A stretch of DNA of 64,000 nt. Source: Coniocarpon cinnabarinum (Eukaryota). How positions within the stretch are numbered: position 1 is the first letter of the stretch; every line of letters begins with the position of its first letter. The position numbers were made by a program, and so were the translations under genes. Shown here piece after piece: positions 48,531-61,257 of this stretch. The notes under the pieces are model-generated. The model searched no databases and had not been told where the DNA came from. It saw only the letters and a list, made by a program, of their open reading frames with translations. The stretch is from NCBI GenBank assembly GCA_051942205.1, contig JAVECO010000006.1, positions 1 to 64,000 on the forward strand, written 5' to 3'.

Positions 48531-49718
48531 CTACGACGAGGCACCCGAGATGAAGAACCACTACACGAACACGTCAGTTTATCGTTACTGCAAACGCAGA
48601 AGAAATGCCAACATACCTTGTCAATGGACGGATCAATCTCCGCTGGGGCTTTATGCTCGCCACGAGGGATCCGACTCGCCACCTGGCTAGGATCTTGCCG
48701 GTCCTTGCTCTGTCCCACGGTCGCATTTGCCAGACTGACCTCCCCGGGATTCACCTTGCCCGCAATCAGGCGGTCCCACGCTTCCGCACACTCACGCACG
48801 ATATCCATCGCATACTTCCGATTCTTGCACTCGCCGCTGAACGCAAACTGGTTCTCTGGCTTCCCATCTGGAATCTTGTAGATGCGGAACCACTCGTTGG
48901 TCGCGCGGAGGAGGCCCGGCAAATGGCGCTCCACATCCTCGATGTCGTTCAGCTTGGGGGCCAGCGGGTCCTGTACGTCGATGGTCATGATCTTCCAGTC
49001 GGTCTCGCCTTCGTCGAGGAGGGCCATGACGCCGAGAACTTTGACCTGTTTGATCTGGCCGGGGACGGCGACTGCCTCGCCGATTTCGCAGACGTCTAGG
49101 GGATCGTTGTCCCCTTTGGCCTTGGTTTCAGGATGCGTGGCGTTGGGGTCTTCCCATGTCTATGATGAGAGTGGTCAGTAGGAACGACTGACACTCTGTA
49201 AAAGGAGAGCTGAATTGCGAGTGAGGATGCAGGATAGCCCATCAGGGTGTATGAAAGTGCACACGGGCAGCAGGAAGGGGGAGCAAGCTTGGGGATGGGT
49301 ACGAACCTGGGGAAAGGCACCGTAGTTCCAGATGTAGCCCTTGTGCGGGAAACAGTTGCGCACGAAGCGGAGCTTACCCTTCTTCACGTCCTGCTTGATG
49401 GGATTGAGATACTCTTCCTTTGAGATCTATCATGTCCAATGTCAGTGCCGACTATGAGCTTTTGCAGATTGACCGCAGGTATCTTTCGCCAGCGTCACGG
49501 ACGAGGAACTGGGAGGGACACACCTCCATCTTTGCATTGGTCCAACGAGGCACCTCCACCACCATGTTTAAAATAGTTTGCTCTTCATTGGCGTAGAGGG
49601 GAATATCATGGAACGGCGAGAGGGGGACGCCATCTTTCGTTTCCAGGTAGATGCGGTGCTCGAGCGTATTGGGCGACGCGATCTTGCGTGGGCGGTAATT
49701 GCTGACTGCGGCAGCCAT
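48531..49718 (-). CDS. IPP1: inorganic pyrophosphatase (short/cytosolic form; longer form from ATG 50106)
   Basis: [76 protein letters not shown]; ends WFFISGASS*. Confidence 0.97.
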
Positions 49719-50316
49719 GTTGAAGACTAGCAATTGTAAGTCTGGGGAAGCTATGAAACTTCCAATGGATGGACGATCGTGGTGGAAGAGAGTCCGCCAA
49801 AGGTTTCAGTGTGCTTCGTGCAGCAACTAGACAACGAGCTTTGCGGGACTTACTTGATCGATTTGAAGGCGGAACAGAAAGTTGAGAGGCGAGCTGGTGA
49901 GTGCGTTGCTGTGGTGAGGAAAATTGGGGAATTGATGGTGCGGCGGAGCGGGTGGGGCGCTGCAGGGAACAGCGTGGACGTGCGTTTGTTGAGGCCACTT
50001 TGGCAAGCCGCCAACCGTCGCCACGACAGCTTCTCCTGGTGGATGGGGCAATAATTGGCCGCTGGAGTGCACGACGGATACAGCCGAGCGTTTGATGAGA
50101 CAGCATGCGGCGCGGAGCGGACGACGAAGAAGAAAAAGACGAGGGGATGACACCACGCAATGTCGGGATCGACCCGCGGCACACGCACTGATCTACAAGG
50201 CGCCGCCTATACATCGACAGTAGACGGGAGGTTTCTTCGGAATCCTGGGCTTGTACAGGCTATCTGTCTTCAGAGTATTTGTCTTGTTGACGTGAAAACA
50301 ATTCTGATCGACATTG

Positions 50317-52358
50317 TCAATACAACCGATTTGGACGCCAGAAGTCCAATGGCACGGCCGAGCCCTCTCCTCCACCATCAGCCTCGTCCTCAGTCAACCC
50401 GTCATCCATGACCGTGCTGGTTCTATCTTGAATAGTGCGCTGCCGTGCGTCGCCAGCTTGCTCCAAGCTATTGCCGGACATTGATAGATTATCCTCAGTG
50501 CTGCAGCAACCTGTTCCCAATTCTGCCCCGTGTGGCCACTCCTCCCAAAGCTCCGGTGATTGTTCGCATCCTTGTGCATTGGTGGATCCCGCACTGCCAG
50601 CCACTGCATAGCTGATCGACGTGTTGCGATTTTTGAAGAAATCGGTGGAGGGCGACGTTGTACAAATCTCTGTCCATGGGACCAGAACACCCAGGGCGTG
50701 ATTCTGAATGTAAGATTGCTGAGGCCGTCCTTTATGGCATGCCGGTCGCCACGAGCTTCTGCCATGAACTCGCCGTTGTCTCTGATCCGCCGGACGTGGC
50801 TTGCTGTCGCTATCGCCATGGTTTTGTATAGGCTGATGGAAGGACAGTTTTGGCGCCGGTCGGTATTCTATTCCGCTTTCCAGCTCATTCGTCGTGCTGC
50901 AGCCTTCGTTGTGATGGCTTTCGTCGAAGGCCGGGAAGCATTGCGGAAACAAATCGTCGCAAGATTGCAGGGCGTTTTTGAGTGGGGAATAATTCCTCTC
51001 CTGATCTCTAAGAGGATCCTGCCCAGGGCGGCGATCCGCTGTGCGTAATGCTGTCAGTGGACTTGGATGATCCCGGAGCTCCTGCGTGTTTTTGCTGGCA
51101 GATATCAATCCCGACTTTTCAGTCTCAGTCAGAGAGATTGTTTTCTTTGTGGCATTTGATTCAACTCTTCTCCGTTCTGGCGACTCTCTGCTATCATGGC
51201 TTTCGACGCGACTGAGAAATTGTAAGCCCCCGATGCTGATAGCAGTGCCTCCTCGCAAACGAGATTCGCCTTTGCCACAGTCGTGCTCCGTTTGTTCCTA
51301 GCTAACGACGGACGCACTTCTACAATCTTTTCGACAGAGGTCCTCGCAGACCTCGAGCGGAGGTCTGGTGATTGTCATCTCTCCGTCCTTGCCTCGAGGG
51401 TCAAAATTTTGCTTATGATTCTGGTCAGGTGCTGTTGTAGACGATTGCCGACAATTGATTTCCATGGTTGTGGACTCGTCTTGCTCTGCCGTCAACTTTC
51501 GTGCAACTGATGGGCTATCTTCAGGGCTACCACCCTTTTTCTTACCAATTTTCTTCCAATCAACACTGGCATGGTCAAAGAGGGGAGAGGTAGGCCGCTG
51601 AAGGAATTTCATGGCAGAGAATGTGAGGTCCGGCACTGTCTCGCAGAAATCAGCTTTATGACGGATACCACGGTCAAAATCTGAGCGTACGACCATGTCC
51701 GCGTCTGGGAGACGATGCTTTCCCATTGCAAAAGAGGCCAACCGAGCGTTGTGGTTTAAGCTGCGATCGCGGTACCGTAAGCTCGTGCGCACAATGAAGT
51801 TGTGAATGCTCTCTCACCCACGGTCAGACGCTGTGAAGGTACATTCCCAGCTGTGAATCTTTGCAGCATGCGGTAGCCTGCGTGGTTTGACCCGCGTGTG
51901 CTCTTGACTGTCTGATGGTATTTATCCCTCTTTTGCTCATGTTTGGGGGACTTCTTCGGCCTGCGATGCTGTCTTCTCGCATGGTATCCTGGCTCATAAA
52001 TTTCAGGCCTGGTTTTGTGCCTCGGACGGCGCTCGAACGTTTCCTCAGGAGCTCCTTGCGAAGCCGAGGAGGCTGAGAGGGTTGAGTTGCGACCGGGGAT
52101 TGCACGCTCTCTCTTGATTTGATCGTGCTGTGGACGGCCATGGTACTGATTGTCATGAAATACCCCCCAGGCATTCTCTAATTCCCTTCGCTCCGCTGGC
52201 GAACCGTCATCGAGGTGCTCGCACGGTCGTCGGCGCCTAGAAGAAGATTTCGCAGGGTATGCGCATACCGGAAGCTGTCTGGAGTGAGTTGGTCTCGGCT
52301 GAGGTTGATTGTCAGGCCTGTCGGGCTCGATGTCACGGAGCCACGAGGCGACATCCAT
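50317..52358 (-). CDS. hypothetical fungal protein, largely disordered, multi-exon
   Basis: Three successive same-strand ORFs; short ordered-looking motifs FERRPRHKTRPEIYEP, FTAGNVPSQRLT (followed by GTGGGT donor), VPDLTFSAMKFL, ends DFWRPNRLY. Exon joins not fully resolved. Confidence 0.65.
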
Positions 52359-54356
52359 GTCACCAGCTTGCTGTAGCTAGCTGCCTAGCGTGACAGAGCT
52401 TCTGCATGACGGGAATTTCGTGTCTCACATCTCCACTCACTAGATCGGTGAATTCCAAGTCTTGCTAATGCCGTGATTGGTCATTAGATGGATTTTTGAG
52501 ACACACTGTCTCCATGCTGCAGTTGCAGATAGCGTGCTCGAAGATCTCCGCCAGGCAAGCGCGACCGACTAGTTGTCGGCAGCCGATATCACGTTGAGAA
52601 GCGCTCATTGTGGATGGGAGGGCAGATACTCAAATCTTACATTCACATGGCACAACGTCTAAGCGAAAGGCCACTCCTGCAACAACAATGAGCACAACCA
52701 TTCTTGGGGATCTTTTGTTGGTCTAGAACCACGCGTCAAAAAACTTGGATCCTGGATCAAAGCTTTCCAGGCCCATAACTCTGGGCCGGATTGTGCAAGG
52801 GCTGCGAGTCACTTGCATCCATAGCTTTTCAACTGCATCGCCCAGATGTGGATGGGCTCGAGAGCCCAAAGAAGCCCTGTGACGATGCATGCGAGGCAAT
52901 AACGACAGTGCAAGTGCTGCTCCCGCGACTCGTGGCCTTGCGAGAGCTGACCGGCCGCACTGGACAACACACTGGAGAGCGATCGACTGCTGGGACGGGA
53001 TCGGAGAAGCAGGCGCTTAGCGCGCCTGGAAGGCGCAACAGTGGTACTGGAGTGATGAGGCAGCGATTGCTCGCTGGACGACTTACCACGATGGGCTGAT
53101 GGGTACATGGCCCACGCAGCGAATCGAGAGCTTGCGCAACGGGCTGCAGTAGTGTGACGGCGGAGAGGTGATGGACGCTGAGTGAGGCTCCGCTAGTGAG
53201 CGATGCGCGCAGACTCTCTCTTACCCCACCACCACCTCATCTTCGTACTCTACATCGCCCAAGTCATACTCTCCTCCTGCCGCCCTCGCACATCCAGTCG
53301 TCAGCTGGCTGCGCTTGTCCCAGCCCAAGTGTGGACTTCATCGCTGACGGCCTGTAATTGGGGTGATCGGCGCCATAGCTTCCCACGGCATGCATGAACT
53401 TCGCGGCTTGTGCTTTGTGAGCTTTCCCTTCGGTCCATCCACCTTACCTGTTGGATTTTGGTGGCGCCCAAGCTTTCTGGTTGCTTTGGTCATCGCCTCC
53501 CGAAAGTGCACAGCACTAGTCCGGCTTTGCTCGTGAAGATCGAGAAATTCTCTCACGGCTTTGCGCTGCTCGAGTCCTGCGCTCAGCTCCGGCGTGTATC
53601 GACTGCGGCTGCTCACACCAGCATGCGTCGCCTCCTCTGGCCTGTCTCCATGGCTGACTGCGTAGCCGGGCCTTAGCCGCGTGGGCTTCCCGGGCTTCAG
53701 GCGTGCGCGAGTGGACTGCTAGCTGAGGATTTATTGGTTCGCGGCTGGAGCTAGCCGTGATTGCATAGCATGACCTGCGTGTGACGGCTGCCTTGTAATT
53801 GGACCTAGAACGAAGGTCTAGGGACTTGGGCTGCCCTCAGAGTTCAGACGTCCTGTCAGGGCGGGGTCTGGCTGAATGCGGCACATGACCAAGTTCCTGG
53901 GCTGACAATCGGGGTGGAAGAAATGAATGGAAGCTTGCCTTACGCGACCCTCGGATGAAAAGCAGAGAAGAGGCCTGTCTTGGTGAGAGGGCTGCCTTGC
54001 GCAGCTGTTCTCATTGCTTGTGACGCCTCCGTTGCTTCTGTGGGGTTTAAGGTGTTGTTTTAGAAATACCGACCGGATCATCTTATCTCGACTCGCGCTT
54101 CCAAGCTCCGAGTCACGTCGCAACTGAAGCCGCTTGTGCCTGTCATTCCACAAAAAGCAATTTATTTTCTTGTTGGCGTCTCTGGTCTCGGCTGAGAGAC
54201 CTTCAGGCATTGGTACAGGCTACCATCATCGGTTTCTTGTCATCATCTTACCCAGATTTTCCGTCTGCGAGGACATTGGCGCACTTTGATCTTCAAGAAA
54301 TCTTTGCAGCACGAAGCCGTGATTCCATCCGATATCTTGGCTTGCTGGTCTCGGAA

Positions 54357-55074
54357 ATGTCTAAGCTTTTTATTGGGTTGGTTGCCACCAAGATTGAGTA
54401 TACGAAGCCAAGTCTGATGGTCGCAGTGGCCTTGCGTGGCATACCGACGACGAGACTTTACGTACGAAATTCGCGGAATTTGGCACCATCGATGAAGCGG
54501 CAGGTTATCACGCTCTGGAAGCGTCGAAGGCTGCTAACATAACTAGACGGTTATCAAAGATAGAGACACTGGACGCTCCCGTGGCTTTGGATTTGTTCGA
54601 TTCAGGGATGAGTCTCAAGCCGAAGCCGCGCTGGCCAATATGAATGGCGTTGAGTATGTGCCGAAGCTTAACGAAACTTGCGCCACCACATATGTGTACA
54701 GTATCGTGCGCAGATGTGCGGCAAGGAAATGTCTGTTCCACAATGCTGATTTTGCTCTGGGTGACCAGATTCGATGGCAGGACCATCCGTGTTGATAAAG
54801 CCTCTGACCGTGGTTCAGGCGGAGGAGGTCGGCCTCAAGGTGCATTTGGAGCTGGTGGAGGAGGAAACAATTTCAGCGGAGGCTATGGTCGCGGGCAAAG
54901 CTATGGTGCGGCACAATGGACTGCACAAAAAATAAATCTATTGAGTGCTGACACTTCCTTTTAGGTGGGCGAGGAGGGACTGGAATGTACGCAGGAGGCC
55001 GTGGAGGTTATCAGCCTTCCCCTCAGCTTCAGAATCCTCCACAATATCGGCAGGCCCCTGCTGGAGGCAAGTGA
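54357..55074 (+). CDS. glycine-rich RNA-binding protein (single RRM + RGG tail)
   Basis: [19 protein letters not shown] (RNP2), [14 protein letters not shown] (RNP1), [11 protein letters not shown], Gly-rich tail; four introns including a GC-AG intron. Confidence 0.93.
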
Positions 55075-56214
55075 CCATTGTGTTCGAGCAGCGAACAAAT
55101 CAACTTACATGTGAATAGCTTTTGCACCCCCTCCCGGCGATGGCACCGCAGACTGGCGAGAACAGCCATCTCAGGAATGGCCGCCCCCAAGTCAAGGTTA
55201 CAGTCAAGCTCCCCAGGGAAACGGCGGCTGGTAAAGAAAGCGTCAAGATTGGAAGACCTGAACCGCTGTACTGGCATAGTAGCCATTTCCTATTTGGACC
55301 CGCTGTTTCCACATTGACTCTGGCTTTTCAGCACTCGGCTAGGGATGTCGTGGTCTGTGTTCTTATGTTGCGGGTCAACCTGATGCTTGGACGTGGTTTG
55401 GCGACCATGGTGATACGCTTTCCCCAGACCACTTCGTGGGCCTGCATGGATGTTTGTAGAGTAGTCAGTGGAAGACGCCAGATCAAGCACTATTTGTTAA
55501 ATGAGGACATAGCGACAGTTTCGAAGCCACAGATAGGTTCCGTGCCTGCCATACAGCTTGGAGACTACCGTGCCCGCTGGGATGGCGGCTTTGACTCAAA
55601 GGCGTTATCAGCAGCTGAAGAGTCTTTACTCTGCAAGCTCGAACTCAGGTGCAAAAGGCTTTTGCGGCTTTTCCGGTTTAGACGCAGCCTTGGTTGCTTG
55701 CGATACACGGGAAGCAACTTCTTCATTGGGGTTCACGTGAGATCCGGCCCTGATGTAGCTTCTACAGTCACCTAACTGCACCTCAAAAACCAGATGACGA
55801 GGCTAATCTTTCGAAAGGATGTCCGTAAAGGTTTTGTTTAGTTTACTTGTAAACAATTGAAACTTCCCGTCGAACGCCTCCGAGCTACCTGGGTGCCTGG
55901 ACAGACGAGCTGATCACGTGCTTTTGGTTCTTGAGCAGGAGTACGGAGTACCTGGCACAGCTTAATCCACGTTCTTCAAAAGACACGCGAGCCCTGGGGG
56001 CCTATGCTTGCAGCATTAGGGGCCCCGCTCCCCAACGACAGGGGCTCCTTGCGCTGACCCGTACATTGCGTGGCTATGATTTCTAGCTGCAACCTCTCGT
56101 CAGAATTGATCTATACCTAAAGCCTAGCTTAATGAGGCTAATCAAGTATCATTGGTTCAATTGCAGAAGCATCCATGCTGGATCCCATGCTGGGTTCTCA
56201 AAATTGCAAGAGCA

Positions 56215-57192
56215 ATGTCTGAGGATGTTGCCGCAAAGCAGGGACTGTGGCTTTTCGGCTATGGGTCTGTTCTGCAACCGCGGGATATTCGCACTCACAA
56301 TCAAAGAGTCTGACTACAATTCGCAGGTCTTTAATCTGGAAACCACCTCCACATTTTGGTGCGCTTTGCGCGCTATGTCATAGCACCTCTTGTCTCGAGC
56401 TGACAGTCATCAGATCGCCGTGTTCCTGGGTACATCGAAGGTTTCGTGCGGCGGTTTTGGCAGGTACATCCACGGCCTCTGGCCAATGGATGCTTTGATT
56501 AATCACTGACGCTGCAATAGGCAAGGTCAGATCAGATCCCTAGCCCGGGGTCAAATGACTTTTAAAAGACAGTCTCTCACATGTCAATAGTGAGGACCAT
56601 CGCGGAACTCCTGAGGCGCCTGGTCGAGTCGTCACCCTCATTCCACGAGCGCATTGGGAATCTCTGACGGATTACGTGAGTTTTCTGTTTCACGCTCATG
56701 CAGAATTTCCAGTGCAGACTGACCGCTTTTGTCAAGCACGCAAGCGCGCCTCCCAAGACCTGGGGTGTCGCATACCACATTCCGCATGAGTTTGTAGAGG
56801 AGGTGAAGGAATACCTCGACATACGGGAGATCAACGGATACAGCATTGACTTCGCTGCTTTTCATGTGCCGGTTTATGTCCGCCACAGTTCACAATCAGC
56901 AGACCTGAGCTCTTCGAAGAGTTCCCAGCAGGATTCCCAGTCCATCAGCTGTCTCGTGTATATTGGCATGCCGAACAATCCGCAATTTCTGGGTCCCCAA
57001 GATCCAGACCAGCTTGCAGCGCACATAGTGCGATCGAGAGGGCCAAGCGGTGAGAACAAGGAGTACTTGTACAATCTAGAAGAAGCCTTGGAGCGGGTTC
57101 GGAAAGACGCTGGAGTCGATGTCGAGGTGGACAATCATGTAAAGGACATTGCCCGGCGAGCTCGCCTTCAAGAGGAAACTTTGGGTTCGTGA
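56215..57192 (+). CDS. ChaC-like glutathione-specific gamma-glutamylcyclotransferase
   Basis: LWLFGYG|SLIWKPPPHF|DRRVPGYIEGFVRRFWQ|AS|EDHRGTPEAPGRVVTL, YLDIREINGY, GPSGENKEYL. Confidence 0.94.
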
Positions 57193-57281
57193 TTGCGCGG
57201 CAGTTGCGCTCTACTGCACTTTGCAGCCCACATTGACCATGATAGCTCTGTGTGGCCTCGTCAACTGTTCTTCTGACTTGC

Positions 57282-57620
57282 TCATCCAGCAAGCTCTTCC
57301 TTTCGTTTAAGGACTCTGCTGTGGCGCTCCACCTCTTCTGCAATATCTTTGACCCCAACTGTAGCAATGTCCAATACACCTTCACCCTGACGCCCTTCTT
57401 CCCATCGCAATTCCTTGCCGTCTTTGAAACCAAGTGTCAAGCTGCTTGGATATCTCGAACCCGAAGGAAGCACAATTGTCTTGATGGTCATGCCTCCTCC
57501 TGCGGCGCTGCGCGCATCGGGTCGAAGAAAAGCAAGCATTATCCGAGGAAGCTTGTGAGAACGTGCGGAAGAAAATGGATTAAAGGTTGCGTGCAAAGAC
57601 TTCAAATAACGCGTAAGCAT
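57282..57620 (-). CDS. MRPL44: mitochondrial ribosomal protein mL53 (MrpL44)
   Basis: MLTRYL...FNPF, LGFKDGKE, EEVERHSRVLKRKEEL motifs; 112 aa. Confidence 0.88.
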   Translation of the reverse strand: MLTRYLKSLHATFNPFSSARSHKLPRIMLAFLRPDARSAAGGGMTIKTIVLPSGSRYPSSLTLGFKDGKELRWEEGRQGEGVLDIATVGVKDIAEEVERHSRVLKRKEELAG

Positions 57621-57873
57621 GATCGATGCCTGTCCAATCGGTATTGTAAAAGTACAACTAGAGGAGTGCGACAATAAATGGACGGTAGACCGCAGGCAGA
57701 GTGTGCATAAACAACCCAACTGTTGTGAAGGTCGGGTCACTGCAAGGCGATCCCCTATATACATACCTACCTTGCCGAGTCATGGCTCACATCACATGCG
57801 GAAATGTTCCTACCTTCATACAACCTTAGGCCTCCTCCGGACAGCTTGCGCTCGGGAATAAGTCTACATCAAG

Positions 57874-59384
57874 ATGTCTTTTGACATACAACACCTGCAG
57901 ACTCGTCTTGCCACGCTAAACGGCAACCTCATACATACCTTGCAACTGATCCAGCAACTTTCGCGCTTGCAGCACTCTGATTCTTCTGTTTCCAATGCTT
58001 CAACTTCGATGGACGATAACGAAACGCGTGCTGACTTGACAACTTCCGTGCATGAGCAGCTCAGAGTCTCAGAAGACGAATTTGAGTTGCTGCGTGAGGA
58101 TGTGGCAGACATTGAATATGCAGAAACGCATGCCAACTCCCAGACCAGCCTCCGTAGGACTACAAGTGGAAGACAAAGCGAAAAAATGAAGGAGCTCGCA
58201 AAGTGTGTCAATGGATGTAAAAAGCTGGATGAAGACCTCAAATTGTAAATTTGCAGGAGCTCACTATTCCTGCAGGAAAAGCTAATGCATGTGCTAGAAC
58301 CCGCACTCGCTTCCGCCGCGCCCAGCTCACTGCAAAGGCCAACGCTGAAAGGTTCCAGCGACGCGAAAGGACCCTTTTTCTTTCGTCGTTGCAATCGGCT
58401 GCTGCAGCAGCGGTCACAGCAAATGCAACACAATCGCAGGCTGGAACACAGCCTGCCCAATCTCTTAGTCAAGAGCAGGTGCCAAAATACACAGATCTCT
58501 TTGCAGGTCGACGCCCTCGACCTTCGCCACACCCAACGTCAGCAGTCCAAGACGACATCCTCCTCACCAGCCAAGCGGATATCACATCATCTCTGCGACG
58601 CACGCAAAACTTGTTACAGTCCGAGCTGTCACGATCACAGTTCGCCCAAGAAACTCTGGATGCTTCGAACGAGGCGCTCAAGGAACTTAACCAGAGATAT
58701 GATACATTCGATGATCTGATCAGCAAGAGCCGAGGACTTTTGGGGACGCTGCTAAGAAGTCAGAAAAGCGATACGTGGTATCTGGAGACCACATGCTGGC
58801 TATTACTTGGCGTAATAGCGTGGCTTGTCTTCAGACGTTGGATATACGGGCCATTCTGGTGGTTCTTCTGGATGCCGATCAAGCTGCTCTACAACATGCT
58901 CTGGATGTGTGGGTATGCTCTTGGTGTCACTGGCAGAAACACGTCTGCACAGGGTCTGGACGTTGTGGGCACGACTACCATTGCGAGCGTAACCTCATCG
59001 CCAGTGCCATCCGCGCCAACTGCGACATATGATGAAGATCAAGGCGACTCATCGGTCGCCGCAGATACAATAGGGAGCCCGCCTGGCAGCTTAAGCGAGG
59101 CAATCGGCAGAATGGTAGAGTCAAGCTCTCAAGCCTCGCCTGTAGGAGCACGGCCTCCCAATCAGCAAGAAAGCGAAGACGTAGACACGCGGATACCGAA
59201 TTCATCCGGAGATGTGGCCACCTCTCAGCAAGTACGGCAAGAAGCGCACAGGGGCGACGGCCAGATTCTGCCGGAGCGTGACGAGGCTACCCAGCCGCGC
59301 AACCCGAAGAAGCGGATGCTAGAAGAGCCAGGAGAAGAGAGGTCTGCAGACGACAGTCGGCAAGCATCAAAGGAAGAGCTCTGA
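57874..59384 (+). CDS. SEC20: ER SNARE Sec20
   Basis: FRRAQL, DITSSLRRTQNLLQSELSRSQFAQETL, LLRSQKSDTWYLE, TM ending FRRWIYGP; intron ~58245-58298. Confidence 0.88.
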
Positions 59385-61257
59385 CAATGTCGGACTGCAT
59401 TGGCATCACGGTAGAGTCTGCGACTCCTTACCTTTGATGCGGCTGTCGCGGCCGATAGCGCCCTCTTTGCGAGATGACCATCTCCCTGAAACTTGCAGGA
59501 AGGGGCCAGAAAATCCAGCAAGCCACAGCAGCCTCAAGGTCAGGCACCGTACGGTGCCAACGTGGAAGATGGCCATACAGCCACAGAGAAATGTGAGCAG
59601 TGTTCAAGTGCTTGCAAGGAGACATCAACACCACGAGCGCTAGATGATGCGCGAGCAGACGTGCATGAACGCCGCGGCCCAAATGCACAATCAACATTGG
59701 TGCCGCGTGGCACGAGGGTCTGTCAGATTTGAGCCGCACAAGTGCCCCGTTGCGGACGACGGGACTGGACAGACGAAAAATCCTCTTTGCACTCCTGATT
59801 ACAAGATCGCGGTCAACTGCAGTGTGCCATCACGTGGACGCCACGTGATGCATGGGAATTCGAATCTGGACGCACCACACCCGATTGCAGTCATCTAAAA
59901 CATTGCCATCGGCGCTGCACGACATCAACAGGAAGCCATAGGAATTCTAGAACGCATACAAGCAGATTGCAGGAGCCAGGGACGATGATGCCGTGCGAGT
60001 AATGGGACGTGACATGCCGGGACTGCCGGGAGGGTCCGTGACAGGCGTGTAGACGATCCACCTCGTCGATCTTTGCGCGATGTCACGGATGTACCACAAT
60101 TGGGCTCCTGGAGACCTCGACCAAACTACGCCGACCGGCGCTCCTGCACACCAACGCCGCGCACCTCCTGGAGTGCAGGCCCCTCTTGTGTTCACAGCTG
60201 GCATCTTCATGGCGCTCTCAGGCCATGTGCGCACTCGGCCCCACGGACCTGCCGCAAAACGATCCAAAATCTGGCAGCTTCGGCCCGCAGGCACTCAAAA
60301 AAGAGTATTGCTGTCCTGATCGAAAGCTGCAACCTTGATCATCTGAAACGCGAGTGCCGCCGGGTCTGGAGAAAGGTTGTGTTGTCAAGGCGAGCCGACA
60401 TCGTCTCATTGGTCAGAGGCGTCATGCGGCGCAACAACGTCTCGCGAATAGGCCCCAGCGCCGCCAGCTTGCTTCTTGTTCGTCACCACGACTGACTTGA
60501 GGATCACGTCAGCCGATCTCAACTCCTTCGACACGTCTTCAGTTTCCTTGTGCAGCACCGCAGTTACCGACGTGGACGTGTACGTGTCCTCGAGTTCTCT
60601 TTCGCTTTCGCTCAGGCTGCTTCTTTGCTCGTTTGGTTATTCAAGCACCTTACGCGGCGTTATTAAGGATGTACGTATCGACGATGGTCGACAAATTGCC
60701 ACCTGACGGGTCTGCCACCAACTGTGACGGAGACTTGACGGGTGTTATTGTTCCTGCAGGCCTTGCAAGACCAACAGCATGACTCGATTCAATACCACGA
60801 CGCTTGCGTTACAGACCTATCTGGCGTTGTCTGGGTCTCTTTGACAATTGCGCGCCCTCTAGATAGACATTGCTGCTGCTGCTGCTTCGGCGGCGGCCTC
60901 ATCCGCGTACTCATTCTCTTGCTGCATTGAGGTGTTCTGCCCTCGCTTAAGACACCTCACCGCTCTCTCTTCCTCCCGTTTCCATCCTTTCTTTCCTTCA
61001 TTCATAGTCAGGTTTCACCCTCCTTTTCTGCTTTTCGTTCTGCACTGCTCTTGCGGAGCTCCTTTTCTCATTCTGCTCTTACTGCTGCTCAGGTGTGCTT
61101 TGAGAGCACCGTCCACTCATTTGATACCAGCAGTAAGATAGTCATTCGTTTCGCAAAGCACTCCTAGCGAGTCCACATGCTTCACCATTGAGACATTTCC
61201 GTCTTGTCAAACTAAGCCAATCACGATTTCATCAACCCTCCCACCATTTCCGTCAGC

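Noticed and set aside
52790..54210. Minus-strand ORFs (53338-53616, 53818-54210) as an orphan gene
   Set aside because: No motif and no convincing start or splice structure; a decayed gene cannot be excluded but cannot be supported.
55122..55775. 217-aa ORF downstream of the RRM gene
   Set aside because: Non-ATG start in the track, overlaps the expected 3' UTR, no recognisable family.
4577..57192. Cryptic peroxisomal isoforms by stop-codon readthrough in the metabolic enzymes
   Set aside because: Checked stops of mmsA, FAH, LanCL, SDR, ALDH, CitE, IPP1 and ChaC: none has the TGA-CTA context, and no readthrough extension I translated ends in SKL-like residues.
21958..59384. Tvp38, Tvp23 and Sec20 as a trafficking gene cluster
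   Set aside because: Separated by many unrelated genes; compatible with chance.
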